Positions 1 to 11,400 of a stretch of DNA of 64,000 nucleotides are shown here, in pieces. Each line of letters begins with the position of its first letter. Position 1 is the stretch's first letter. Position numbers and translations under genes: made by a program. The stretch is from a virus (Duplodnaviria; Caudoviricetes). The DNA is taken from the IMG/VR virus record IMGVR_UViG_3300034062_005355, one strand, 5' to 3'. A model generated the notes under the pieces. The model was not told the DNA's origin and searched no databases. It worked only from the letters and a program-made list of their open reading frames with translations.

Positions 1-500
1 TGTACTCCAATTTGTTTACCTTCTAACGATTTAATAATATATTCTTTTAGGCGTAATAAGTTTTCTTTAGTTAGTTCTTCAATTACGTCACGATAAAGAT
101 TGTCAGTTAAATCATAAGAACCCCAACCATAGGAATGACTATCATACTCACCACTTAATAGTGACTCAACCGTATCTTTTGAAAGGTCGTTTCTATTTCC
201 ACTACAAAATAATTCGGCAAGGTCTCCCTGATTGTCAATAACCAAATATACTTCACCATTAACTAATTCAACATCACCTAAATACTTTAAGACATATTTC
301 AAAAACTTCTCATTATTGGTTTCATAATAAAATAATAATAACTCATTTTGGTATTCTTCCGCAAATCTTCCTTCAGGGTCTAATTCATCTAATAACCCTC
401 TCTTATTGACAATCTTAAGGAATGTTTCAATGTCGTTGATATACTTGATAAAATCAGTATCACCTTCATTAAACATTTCAATTAACTCATTAATATTCAT
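1..500 (-). CDS. hypothetical acidic protein, runs off left edge (partial)
   Basis: Translated by hand: MNINELIEMFNEGDTDFIKY... stays open to base 1; GTATTTAT motif upstream on the minus strand. Confidence 0.8.
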   Translation of the reverse strand, partial: MNINELIEMFNEGDTDFIKYINDIETFLKIVNKRGLLDELDPEGRFAEEYQNELLLFYYETNNEKFLKYVLKYLGDVELVNGEVYLVIDNQGDLAELFCSGNRNDLSKDTVESLLSGEYDSHSYGWGSYDLTDNLYRDVIEELTKENLLRLKEYIIKSLEGKQIGV

Positions 501-566
501 AATATATAAATACAAAAAAAGGGGTAAAATTTTACCCCTTTCATAATTTTGTTAAATGTAAGACAA

Positions 567-731
567 TTAGTTACTTGTCTTGTTCACATTGTAGTACTTT
601 TCAATAGTCTTTTTGATTGCACTTTTAACACTTTCTGTTGTTTGTTGTTTCTGTGCTTGTGCTGCTTGTACTTGTTGAACAGTAGGCTGTTGTGATTCGT
701 TTCCTTTATTTTTGCATCCGCATCCTGACAT
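567..731 (-). CDS. 54-aa small protein with N-terminal GCGC motif (MSGCGCKNK...)
   Basis: Translated by hand; below the ORF-track cutoff; fits between neighbouring minus-strand genes. Confidence 0.7.
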   Translation of the reverse strand: MSGCGCKNKGNESQQPTVQQVQAAQAQKQQTTESVKSAIKKTIEKYYNVNKTSN

Positions 732-749
732 AATTTTTATTTTTTAATT

Positions 750-1337
750 TTAGTTTATTAGTTTAAAGTTATGTTTATAAATAGTTTTTCTTATGGAACC
801 ATTATAACCATTGTTTACTTTTACCCCTCTTAATGCCGATGATAATTTAACTCTAACATAAGATGGATTACCTTTTGCAAATCCAGTTTCTATTAAATAA
901 TTTGCACCATCAACCAAAGTTTCAAATATAAATTCTTCATTAGTTTCAAGATTTGTTAATGAAAATTTATTTATATTCCCATTCTTATTTAAATTATATT
1001 TTGATAATTTAATTTTCACTTCATCATTAAATGTGTTTCGTCTAAATTCGTTTACCGATGCTAAATTATAACCATTTTTAAGATTATTAGATTCATATAG
1101 TGTAATAAATTTATTTTCAGTTTCAATTAACTCACTAGGGTCACAATATTCAACAATTTCAAATATAAAAACACCTTTACCATATTTGTTATATGATTTT
1201 TGTAAATATTCATTATCGTGAATACCTTTATCCAACATCCAAAAATGTTTATATTCTCGGTTTGAAATATTAACACTACTACCAATGTAAACCTTGTTAT
1301 TAATGGTGTTAGTTATTTTGTAGATACCAGAATTCAT
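750..1337 (-). CDS. GIY-YIG (Seg-like) homing endonuclease
   Basis: SGIYKITNTINNKVYIGSS at the N-terminus, then R..H, E and GYN motifs. Confidence 0.9.
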   Translation of the reverse strand: MNSGIYKITNTINNKVYIGSSVNISNREYKHFWMLDKGIHDNEYLQKSYNKYGKGVFIFEIVEYCDPSELIETENKFITLYESNNLKNGYNLASVNEFRRNTFNDEVKIKLSKYNLNKNGNINKFSLTNLETNEEFIFETLVDGANYLIETGFAKGNPSYVRVKLSSALRGVKVNNGYNGSIRKTIYKHNFKLIN

Positions 1338-1420
1338 AAAAATTGAAATTGTTCTTTCTTAATAATAAATACTATCTTTGATGAAATATAGATACAAAAG
1401 AATATTTATCAAATAAAAGT

Positions 1421-3181
1421 GTGATGGATTTTTTAAAATTAATACAAGAAGGAAGAGTTGATGACTTTAAAGTCAAGTATTCTCAGAAATTTGGTGGGGA
1501 CAATGTAAATAAGATTATTGCGTCAGTTCCACAAAAATATTTGGATTGGGTTGGTAAGAACTTAGATGTTGTAAACTTTGACGAAACGTTCGGTAAAACT
1601 ACCGAGGCATTAAATAAGTTTGAAAAGATTTCAAGTAATTTACCTATAACTGATTTAAGTCAATACAAAAGTGTTGGTCAGTTATTGGGGGCGTTAAGTG
1701 AATATGATGGTAGACAAAGAAGAAATGTTAAGAAGGTTGAGGGTGGTAATGTTGTTTATGATGATGATAGGTTTTTTGTTGTTAATCCACTAACTCACGA
1801 GTCATCTTGTTATTATGGTCGGGGAACCAAATGGTGTACTACCGCTGAAACGGATACACATTTTAAAAGATATAATGAAGACGGTAAATTATTTTACATA
1901 ATAGATAAAACCCTCCCAACCAATGATCCTTTTTATAAGGTAGCACTTCTTAAAAAGTTCGATGGGGATAAAACCTATTATGATAGTAAAAATGAAACCA
2001 TTAAAAATGGGTGGATATTAAATACAAATAAATTAAATGAAATTTTAACATCAATTGACGAGTATCTTAATGCTGAATATGCCCAACAAATAAAAATATT
2101 CTCAGACAAAGAAGCCGCTAAAAAAGAAAGAGAAAGACTTGATAGATTGAGAATACAAAGAGTTCTTCAAGATAGAAGAGAAGAAGCGCAAGAAAGAAGA
2201 TTGGAAGGTGAGTGGGAGTTAGGTCCTGACTGCCCTGACGTAGGTTTGAGGGCACATGCATTACTCAATTCGTTAGCTTCAAATGACGATGTTGAGATTA
2301 TCACCAATGAAGATCGTGGTGAAATTGCCAGAATTGAAAATGAAATTCAAAGACTACAGACAGAATATGATAATGATGAAAATGTTAGACAAGATCTATT
2401 GGATGAGATAAGTGAATTGGAAGATACTTTGGAAGAACTAAAGACAAAAATTGATGTTTATAATATTGTCCCAACTGATGATTATTATGATACAACTGTT
2501 TTTGAAGTAATTGACGAACCAAATCTTGAAAATAATAGATACGCGGTGGGTGATGAAGATGAAATGCAATCAAGTGCATATGAATCTGTTGAGGAATTAA
2601 TTGACGATATTGGTTATAAAGGATTCAACGAAAATTTTGCAAAATATTATATTGATGAAGCTGAGGTTATTCGTTATGCTGAGGATTTGTTTGAGGACGA
2701 TGTTAGAGAAAACCCTGATTCATATATTAATGAAGATATGAGGATGTTATCGGATGACCAAGAAGATAGTATTAAACAATTGAGATTTAGAATATCTAAA
2801 GCTGAATCTATGATTAACCGATTTGAATCTGAAATGGATGGTGAGAATGATGATGATTTACAGGAAAGAATTGATGAGATGAATGAGGTAATTGAAGAAA
2901 TGAATGATGAGATTACAGATATTGAATCAGACCCTGAAGGAGACTTTCCTGAAGACGAAATTGAAAATGCAATTAAAAACAGACTTTATGATATCAAACG
3001 TGATGTAACAGGGTTTATGGAAGAATATGGATTGAATTGGGAAGATTATATTAATAGGAGGGAATTTATTGATGGTGTAATTGATGAGGATGGTTATGGT
3101 GTTACTTTAAATCGTTATGATGGAAGTGTTGATGATGTGAGAGTTCAAGACCAATTGTTTTATGTTATGAGAATTGATTGA
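1421..3181 (+). CDS. acidic phage hypothetical protein with SCYYGRGTKWCT motif and coiled coils
   Basis: 586-aa ORF; very D/E-rich C-terminal half. Confidence 0.75.
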   Translation: MMDFLKLIQEGRVDDFKVKYSQKFGGDNVNKIIASVPQKYLDWVGKNLDVVNFDETFGKTTEALNKFEKISSNLPITDLSQYKSVGQLLGALSEYDGRQRRNVKKVEGGNVVYDDDRFFVVNPLTHESSCYYGRGTKWCTTAETDTHFKRYNEDGKLFYIIDKTLPTNDPFYKVALLKKFDGDKTYYDSKNETIKNGWILNTNKLNEILTSIDEYLNAEYAQQIKIFSDKEAAKKERERLDRLRIQRVLQDRREEAQERRLEGEWELGPDCPDVGLRAHALLNSLASNDDVEIITNEDRGEIARIENEIQRLQTEYDNDENVRQDLLDEISELEDTLEELKTKIDVYNIVPTDDYYDTTVFEVIDEPNLENNRYAVGDEDEMQSSAYESVEELIDDIGYKGFNENFAKYYIDEAEVIRYAEDLFEDDVRENPDSYINEDMRMLSDDQEDSIKQLRFRISKAESMINRFESEMDGENDDDLQERIDEMNEVIEEMNDEITDIESDPEGDFPEDEIENAIKNRLYDIKRDVTGFMEEYGLNWEDYINRREFIDGVIDEDGYGVTLNRYDGSVDDVRVQDQLFYVMRID

Positions 3182-3211
3182 TTAGTATAAAATTTCAATT
3201 ATTATTCCTGT

Positions 3212-3988
3212 ATGGCGAGAAAAAAGAAAATGTCATTTAAATTGAATCCTGAGTGGATGTTAAAAGAACCATTGGATTTTGAATACAACAAGTACACCTT
3301 GTTGGACTATATACAGAAATGCGAAAAAAGCCTTGATAGGTTTGAAATATATCCTGATTTTATTGAATTGTCATTACACTTGGCAAACATGCAATCGTTA
3401 ACAAAAGAACATACCTTATTATTAACGAACAAGAAGTTCGAGTCATGTGATGATGAAATCATGTTGAAAGACTTATACCCAAAAAAACCTCGCCAACTTT
3501 CCGAAGAAGAAGAAAATGAGTTAACCAAAACAATTCAATATTCAAATAACAAATTATACGACACCTTTAATTTTGCCAAATCAATATGGAACTTAGCGTT
3601 TGATAGTGTTGAAATTTCTTTAAAAAAGAACAAAGGTTTTTTATCCTCAGGAATTGGTTATGTGTTCTATTACAGAAAAAAAGAAAACAAAGTATTTGTT
3701 TGGGAGTATCAAATAAAAAGAGACCGAAAACAACCAAATAGTAATAAAACAACTCTTAATTTAATATATGGGAATTCACCTGAAGACATAACATTATCTT
3801 CAATAATTGAAACCAATTCATCATTTGTTAAATCTAAAAATTATAAGACATTCCCTGTATTTGAAATGCAGTGTAATCAAGACTTTCCAATGGAACAGAC
3901 AATAGTTCCAATAATGAAAAGAAAAGTTATAGCATACATTTTTCAAATTCTTAATATTAGTAAAATAAAAAATTTTGACTCTGAGTAA
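3212..3988 (+). CDS. hypothetical protein
   Basis: 258-aa ORF, co-directional with neighbours. Confidence 0.7.
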   Translation: MARKKKMSFKLNPEWMLKEPLDFEYNKYTLLDYIQKCEKSLDRFEIYPDFIELSLHLANMQSLTKEHTLLLTNKKFESCDDEIMLKDLYPKKPRQLSEEEENELTKTIQYSNNKLYDTFNFAKSIWNLAFDSVEISLKKNKGFLSSGIGYVFYYRKKENKVFVWEYQIKRDRKQPNSNKTTLNLIYGNSPEDITLSSIIETNSSFVKSKNYKTFPVFEMQCNQDFPMEQTIVPIMKRKVIAYIFQILNISKIKNFDSE

Positions 3989-4198
3989 TATTTTTTTTAT
4001 AATTGGTTATCATGGGATTTAATAAGAGATATATAAACCACCAAAATACCTTAATTGCTCTTCAATCCAACAGATTAAAGGAGTATTATGGAAAAACTGA
4101 TGCATTTATTTTCCAAGATTATGAAAGCGAAAAGATTTATGACTTATTTGTTGAAGGTAAAACAGAGAAAGAAATATTAAAAATTATTCAAAAATAAT

Positions 4199-4387
4199 AT
4201 GGAACAAAAAATTATCAAAAACTTATTGGGTAAACTCAGGCAACCCATACATATCGATTACATATCGAAATACATCCTTAATCAATCAATGGATGATACC
4301 ATAAATTTAATTAATAAATTGGTTGAAGAAAATATTATAGAAGAATCAAAATACGCGAAGAATTATTATGTGGTTAAAAGTATATAA
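4199..4387 (+). CDS. small winged-helix-like protein
   Basis: 62 aa; IHIDYISKY...INKLVEENIIEES pattern. Confidence 0.45.
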   Translation: MEQKIIKNLLGKLRQPIHIDYISKYILNQSMDDTINLINKLVEENIIEESKYAKNYYVVKSI

Positions 4388-4395
4388 AAAATAAT

Positions 4396-4626
4396 ATGGA
4401 AGAAAAAGAAATGGTTAATCACCCAAGTCATTATGGGGGAGAAAGTAACCCATATGAGGTAATTAAAGTTATTGAGGTTTGGAACCTTGACTTTCACCTT
4501 GGTAATACTGTAAAGTATATTTCAAGAGCGGGAAAGAAAGGTACAGATAAAGAACTTCAAGATCTAAAAAAAGCATTATGGTACCTTGAAAGAAAAATAC
4601 AAAATTTAGAAAAAAATAAAATATGA
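4396..4626 (+). CDS. DUF3310 (SaV-like) phage protein
   Basis: VNHPSHY...FHLGNTVKYISRAGKK...DLKKALWYL signature. Confidence 0.9.
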   Translation: MEEKEMVNHPSHYGGESNPYEVIKVIEVWNLDFHLGNTVKYISRAGKKGTDKELQDLKKALWYLERKIQNLEKNKI

Positions 4627-5486
4627 GAGAATTAGAAAATATTATTAACACCATAATCAATGGGGATTCCGTACAAGTTATGAAAGAAATTCCCGAATCG
4701 ACAATTGATTTGATAGTTACAAGCCCAAAATATAATGTGGGTATTGATTATGATAGTTGTGATGATAGGATGCCAATGTCTGATTATTGGGAATGGACAA
4801 AAGAATGGTTAACTGAATCTTTCCGACTTTTAAAGGATGATGGTAGGGTTGCTATAAACATTCCCTACGAAGTTAATGTTCAAGATAGAGGAGGTAGGGT
4901 TTTATTTATGGCTGAGTTTTGGTCAGTGATGAAATCTGTCGGGTTCCAATTCTATGGGTTAGTTGACCTTGATGAGAACTCACCACACAGAAGTAAGACT
5001 ACAGCTTGGGGTTCATGGATGTCACCAAGTAGCCCATACATTTATAACCCAAAAGAATGTGTAATATTAGCCTATAAGAAAGACCGTATTAAAAAAGTTA
5101 AAGGTGAACCACAATGGAAAGCTGAAATGGTTGATATGGAACAAGAAGATGGTACTGTAAAAACTAAAGCGGTTTATCAAGAAGAAGACAAGAAAGAATT
5201 TATGTCTTTGGTTTATGGTCAGTGGGAATATTTTGCGGACACAAAACAACAAACCAAAGCCACATTTTCAATGGATGTTCCAATAAAGGCCATTAAGATT
5301 CTTACTTATAAAAATGATATTGTTCTCGACCCATTCGCTGGCAGCGGAACTAGTTTGGTTGCTGCGGAAACCTTGGGTCGTAGATGGATTGGAATCGAAC
5401 TGAGTGAAAACTATACCAAAGTTGGACAAGAAAGGGTACAACATTTTATTGATTTAAATAAACAAACTAAAATAGAGTTTAAGTAA
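4623..5486 (+). CDS. beta-class N4/N6 DNA methyltransferase
   Basis: IVTSPKYN (motif IV) precedes VLDPFAGSGT (motif I). Confidence 0.9.
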   Translation: MRELENIINTIINGDSVQVMKEIPESTIDLIVTSPKYNVGIDYDSCDDRMPMSDYWEWTKEWLTESFRLLKDDGRVAINIPYEVNVQDRGGRVLFMAEFWSVMKSVGFQFYGLVDLDENSPHRSKTTAWGSWMSPSSPYIYNPKECVILAYKKDRIKKVKGEPQWKAEMVDMEQEDGTVKTKAVYQEEDKKEFMSLVYGQWEYFADTKQQTKATFSMDVPIKAIKILTYKNDIVLDPFAGSGTSLVAAETLGRRWIGIELSENYTKVGQERVQHFIDLNKQTKIEFK

Positions 5487-5510
5487 AAGGGTTTAACGAC
5501 CCTTTTTTTT
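5485..5510 (+). terminator. intrinsic terminator
   Basis: aaaagggtt-taacg-acccttttttt hairpin plus U tract. Confidence 0.8.
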
Positions 5511-5542
5511 GTTTTATGGATATTTATAATTAAAACAAAAAA

Positions 5543-6574
5543 ATGAGTCAAATTATAATAACTGAAAAACAATTGGGACTTATCACCAATAAAGTTTTAA
5601 GTGAACAAAAATCCAAAAAAGGAACCATTAATGAATCTTTATTTAGTTTTGAAAATATTTTAATGGCTGCAGGGTTTGTTCCTGTTGTTGGAGAAATTGC
5701 TGATATTGCTTTAATATGTTACTACCTCTATAAAGGTGAAAAATTATACGCAGCGTTAATGTTAATAGCGTTAATCCCAACCGTTGGTGATTTTATTGCT
5801 AAACCGATTATTAAATTATTCAAAGGGAGTGGAGGAGGAGCTGCGGCCATGAAAGCAGGAGGTAAAACATTAACAGAATATTTGGCAAAAAACCCTCAAA
5901 TAGCTAAAAAGTTTAGTAGTTTAGGTAAATACGTTAAAGAACCTGCAGTTCAAAATACAGTTAAAGGAATTGAAAAAGTTAGTCCGGGGTTAGCGTCAAA
6001 ATTAAGAAGTGGTTTAGATATGATTACTGGTAATAAAGCTTTAAGTGGAATTAAGGCAGGTGGTAAAGAGGTTATCGCAGGCGGAAGTTTCAAAACAGGA
6101 TTAAAAGATTATTTCCAAGGACAAAGATTATCTAAGTATTTTGAAAAACGTGGTGTTCTACCTGAAACAGGCATTAAAAGATGGTGGTTGAATGTTGGAG
6201 CAAGACAAGATAGAAGAAATGCTTTTAGACAATTTATTGTGGCAAATAATTTATTAGCTTACTTTGGAATACCATCATTATCTACTTTTGAAAGAAAATT
6301 ATCAGATGATGCCGAATTTAGAAAAAAAGTTGCAGAAGACCCAAAAACAAGTGATTATATCGCACAAAACTTTGAAAAAGGAGATATGGTGACAAAACAA
6401 CAAACCCCTGAAACTACACCATCTAAAGAAGAAATTGACCAATACATTAAAAATAGGAACTCAGGTAACTCTGCAAGTTCATTGTTTAATATGGGAAGTA
6501 TTAATTTAAATAATAAAGACGGATTCTCAAATATTTTTACTACAATGTTTGGGGGTTCTCCACAAGTATCATAA
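5543..6574 (+). CDS. IITE-leader protein with pre-toxin-TG-like segment
   Basis: MSQIIITEKQ leader; GFVPVVGEIAD...LIPTVG resembles PT-TG; TATTTATA at 5521. Confidence 0.6.
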   Translation: MSQIIITEKQLGLITNKVLSEQKSKKGTINESLFSFENILMAAGFVPVVGEIADIALICYYLYKGEKLYAALMLIALIPTVGDFIAKPIIKLFKGSGGGAAAMKAGGKTLTEYLAKNPQIAKKFSSLGKYVKEPAVQNTVKGIEKVSPGLASKLRSGLDMITGNKALSGIKAGGKEVIAGGSFKTGLKDYFQGQRLSKYFEKRGVLPETGIKRWWLNVGARQDRRNAFRQFIVANNLLAYFGIPSLSTFERKLSDDAEFRKKVAEDPKTSDYIAQNFEKGDMVTKQQTPETTPSKEEIDQYIKNRNSGNSASSLFNMGSINLNNKDGFSNIFTTMFGGSPQVS

Positions 6575-6596
6575 AACTAAGTATAATAGTAAAAAT

Positions 6597-6962
6597 ATGG
6601 CAAAGAAAATTATAAAATTAACTGAAGGTGATTTAATGAATATCGTTAAAAGAGTCATCCAAGAACAGGATGAAAATTACAAAATTAATATCGCAATCCA
6701 ATGTTTCTTAAATAAAAAAGGAATTAAAGATGATGCAGGACAATCATTAAAATTAGATGGTAGTATCGGTAATTTACCTAACTCTAAAAGTGCTCAAGCA
6801 ATTGCAAAATATCAATCAAGTATTGGTGTTGATAATGATGGAGTATGGGGTTACGAGACTAATACTAAGATGACACCAAAAGATAAAATGATATACAAAC
6901 AGTGTATTTCTGACCACGGAGACATAATTGATAAAGGAATGCATTTACTTGGAATTGACTAA
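6597..6962 (+). CDS. LTE-leader protein with peptidoglycan-binding-like domain
   Basis: Likely start MAKKIIKLTE at 6597; LKLDGSIG...YQSSIGVDNDGVWGYET resembles PG_binding_1. Confidence 0.65.
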   Translation: MAKKIIKLTEGDLMNIVKRVIQEQDENYKINIAIQCFLNKKGIKDDAGQSLKLDGSIGNLPNSKSAQAIAKYQSSIGVDNDGVWGYETNTKMTPKDKMIYKQCISDHGDIIDKGMHLLGID

Positions 6963-6965
6963 TTA

Positions 6966-8363
6966 ATGAAAGGAAGAATAACGGAATCAGGAATACGTGA
7001 TATTTCAGCCTTAAGAAAAAGATATCCTAAAGCAGAAATATATTTTCACCAAGATTTAGATGGTGTAACCACTGCGATTGCAATGAAGAAATACCTTGAA
7101 GATAATGGTATTGACGTTATCAATTCACATGTTATCCAATACGGTGATAAAGAATTTGCGGTTAAAAAACTTGACGCAACTGGTGATGTTATGCCAGTAT
7201 TGGTTGACTTTGCTCACGGTAAACCAATGTTCGTTATTCATACTGACCACCACGACAGACAAGCAGGTGCGGAAGGTACCAAGTCCACATCATTTAGACA
7301 ATCTCGTTCAAATGTTGAAACAATATCTCAAGTAGTTTCACCAAAAGAATTATTCCCATCTTCAGATATATTATTAATCAGTACTGTTGACTCGGCAGAT
7401 TATGCAAAATATGATATATCACCTGATGAAGTTGTGAATTATATTTTTAAATTAGATAAAGATAAGTCATTACAAAAAAATAAAATGTTAATGGGTCTTG
7501 TTATTAACAAGTTATTATTGGCATTTAAAAACAAAAAAGGTTTCTTAGAAGGTTTAGTACAAAATTCAGAACCATCTTTATTGTCTATATTAACAAACAT
7601 TAAAGATTGGATGAAAAAAACTAATGCCGCAAACCCCAAAGAACTACAAAAGAATGCCGAGGCATATAAAGAAACTATGAAAGGTTATCCTAAAGTTGAG
7701 GATAATATTATATTTCAATATGGTGGAGGTTCTATGATTAAGCCAGGTTCTTATGATAGGTATACACCATTTAGGAACAATCCTGAAGCTGACTTTTTAA
7801 TTATGGCTTGGCCAATGGGGTTAGTACAAGCATCTTGTAATCCTTTCAAAAAAGAAAGAGAACTTAAAGGTGTTAATTTAGGTGAAATCGCTCAAGAAGT
7901 TTTATCTAAATGGGAAGACCAATTAAAACAAAGAACAATTCCATTATCTACAATCAAATGGGTTAGTGAAACATCTGCAGTTCCTGAGAGTGTTGGTTTT
8001 ACATTTAAAGATTTTGAAGCTTTATATGGTGATAAGTTTACAACCATGGAAGGGGGAGAAGGGGTTTTAGATCATATTAATGATATGATGGAAACTCCAT
8101 TCACCGAATTAACTGAAGAGCATAGGGAAATGTTAGACAAGATTGGTATTAATACTTGGGATTTAATTCAGGCCAACTCAGGTGGACACAAATGTATTAC
8201 AAATATATCTGGATTAAATTACTTAGGTAGAAGTAAAAGACCACCACAAGGGCAATATAGATATGACTCTGAAAAAGACGATTCGCCTTCAGTTAAGTTC
8301 ACAAAGATGATTGCTCACGAGTTTGAGAGAAAATTAAAAGAAAAGATTAAAGAGTCTAAGTAA
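6966..8363 (+). CDS. DHH/DHHA1-family phosphoesterase
   Basis: HQDLDG, VDF, TDHHD and C-terminal GGH motifs; MKGRITE leader. Confidence 0.75.
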   Translation: MKGRITESGIRDISALRKRYPKAEIYFHQDLDGVTTAIAMKKYLEDNGIDVINSHVIQYGDKEFAVKKLDATGDVMPVLVDFAHGKPMFVIHTDHHDRQAGAEGTKSTSFRQSRSNVETISQVVSPKELFPSSDILLISTVDSADYAKYDISPDEVVNYIFKLDKDKSLQKNKMLMGLVINKLLLAFKNKKGFLEGLVQNSEPSLLSILTNIKDWMKKTNAANPKELQKNAEAYKETMKGYPKVEDNIIFQYGGGSMIKPGSYDRYTPFRNNPEADFLIMAWPMGLVQASCNPFKKERELKGVNLGEIAQEVLSKWEDQLKQRTIPLSTIKWVSETSAVPESVGFTFKDFEALYGDKFTTMEGGEGVLDHINDMMETPFTELTEEHREMLDKIGINTWDLIQANSGGHKCITNISGLNYLGRSKRPPQGQYRYDSEKDDSPSVKFTKMIAHEFERKLKEKIKESK

Positions 8364-8468
8364 TAAAAAACTTTATTTTTTATTAAAAATAATTATTACA
8401 CTATTTTTTTATTAATAAACTAATATTTTATTAAAGTATTAGTTTATATTTGAACAAAAAAATAGCGT

Positions 8469-11400
8469 ATGGAAAAAATAGTTTTAGGTAAGATTATAAA
8501 AAAGATTTTTTTATTATCTGTATTAATATTATCATTAATCGGCGTAACCCAAAAAGAAGTAAATGCTTCTCACGTTGTTGGTTCCGACATATCTTATGTC
8601 TGTACAACCACACCAGGTGTTTATCGTGTTCAGTTTAAGATATATAGAGATTGTCAGGGTGTTCAACTCTGTGCCAATTGTCCCACAAGTTTAAGTCCTT
8701 CTTGTAATATTCCAATTATATTGACAGGTGGATCTGCACCTACAGGTTCAGGTTTACCAACAAGCCCTTGTGCTGGAATTAATTTTGGAACCCAAAATAT
8801 AAATGTGGTTACAGGTGTTAGTGGTTTTGATGTTGTACAACTATGTTCAGGAGAAAAATCCATTTGTACTAATTGTGGGACTAGAACACCTGGTACTTTT
8901 GTTCCTGGTATTGAGGTGTATACATTTGAAGGGAATATTAGTTTAGCATCTATTCCGGCTAGTTGTTGTTTAATCAATATAGGTTATAGTATCTGTTGTA
9001 GAAATGATGCTATAACTACTTTAGTAAATCCTGGCGCTTTAAATTTTTATACTCAAGGTACAATTAATAGGTGTGTAACACCTTGTAATTCTTCTCCAAC
9101 ATTTACAAATGACCCTGTTGCGGTTACTTGTGCGGGACAAGATTTTACTTACAATTTAGGAGCTATTGACCCTGATGGTGATTCTTTAAGTTATTCTTTT
9201 GGGCAATCACTTACAGGACCTGGTGTTACGGCGCCATATCTTTCACCATACAGTGCCAATGTACCACTACCTTATTTAGGTGCGCCAATTCAAACACCAC
9301 CTGCGGTTCCTCCTATTGGTATCAGCATAGATCCTGTAACTGGAGATCTACGGTTTAGACCGATGGGAACCTTTGTTGCTAATTTAATTATAGAGGTTCG
9401 ACAATGGAAAATGGTAGGAGGAGTACCTACCTTAATGGGTGTAACTCGAAGGGACATTCAGTTTTATAGTAGGATTTGTCCTGAAAATAACCCACCTGTT
9501 TTACGAACATGGACCAATGATGGAGTTTTAACCTCACCACAACCAAACTTTAGTTATTCTGTTTGTGCTGGACAACAATTATGTTTTATGATTTCTGCTT
9601 GGGATAATACCGCAGTTACCGATACTACAGACATTACTTGGAACGCGCCAACATTATTAGTTAGTAAAGGTGCTACATTTGTTAAAGCATATAATCCTAT
9701 TCAAAGAACTATGATTGGACCAAAATATGATAGTGTTCGTTTTTGTTGGACACCTGGTCCTGAAATGGCGAGTAATTTACCTTATTATTTTGTTGTTACC
9801 GCCAAAGATAGGGCGTGTCCTATTCCGGCTCGTACTACAAGATCATTTAGTATTTTAGTTAGAAGGATTCCTATAGCAAATATCATTAAAACCAACAAAA
9901 ATTGTGGCTTCTATGATTTTTCATATACTCAAACAAATGTCGTTCCTATTAACCCTTCGTATACTAAATTCTTAATTGAAACAAGCCCTAATTCTAATAC
10001 TTACCAAACTTTTGTTGGACCTAATGTGATCAATCATAGATTTTTACAAGGTGGTTGGCATAAAATTAGGTTACAGTTAACAACAACTGCACCACCATCA
10101 CCCAATGGTTGTCCTAACGATAATATTTGGGACTCTGTTTTGGTGGTACCTCCTGTTGATGTAAATATTAGGGATACTTTTAATTGTTTTGGAACTTCAG
10201 TTATAGTTAGGGCAAATGGACGAGATGGTACGCCTTTTGGTAGTACTTATCGGTATACTCTATATGGTGGTGGTATGGGTTCAAACAACATTATTAGAAC
10301 TTTTGGTATTGATTCCAATTTTGTAATAAACCCAACAAACCCTGGTGTTAGTAGCTCTTACAAAGTTGTTATTCAGGATTTGAATGGTTGTAAAGACTCA
10401 ACTTTATTAAATGTGTTTACTCGTAATTTACCGATTAAAGAGTTACCAAATTCTGTTCGTTATTGTTTTGGTGCAACTGACACCATAGATGGTGGTAATA
10501 GTAATGGTAGTGTTAATATTTGGCGTTGGAATAAAATTCCTGTATCACCAGTATTGACTGATACTGTATCACAAAAAATTACACCAAGAGATAGTGGTCA
10601 ATATATTGTAAGAAAAACGGATTTAAATGGGTGTTCTCAGTTGGATACTATTATGGTTTATATTAATGAAAGAGTACCTGTTAGTGCTGGTCCTAATCGA
10701 ACTATTTGTGAGAAAGACGCACCAATAAATATAGTTGGTGTTGGTACGACCGCAGCCATAGATAGTTTTCAATGGAGATCGATTCCAATATCAAACCCTG
10801 ATGTTGTTTTAAGTAGAACATCAATTCTAAATGTATCACCATTGATTACAACCAGTTATCAAGTGAGAGGATTTTTAACTTATGGTGGTGTTGGATGTTC
10901 TTATGTTGATACTATGGATGTAATAGTTAAACCATTACCAATAATTAATAGACCTGATAATATGTCTTTGTGTAGAAATACTAACATAGTATTACTACCA
11001 AATATTACTTCTACAAACAAACCTGGATTGATAACATCGGTATGGAATTATCCATCAAACCCAAATGCGATTAATGGTAATCAAGTTATAATATCTAATT
11101 TAATTAATTTACCACCAGTACCACCAACACCTGTAAGAGGAAATATTATTCGTCTTAACGTAAACGATGTTGATGGATGTAGAATAAGTGATTCAATCGT
11201 AATCTCTGTCTTTCCTGTACCATTAATTAACGCAGGATCAAGTAGAAACTTTTGTGATTTTGCTAGTGTGTTTAACATTAACCCAGGTTCCCAACTATAT
11301 TCTCCAAATGGAGGTGCGTTAGCAACTAATGAAGAGTGGTTTGGTCGTGGTATTAATAAACCAAATCCCGCGATTAATTATTATGCATTTAATCCACAAG

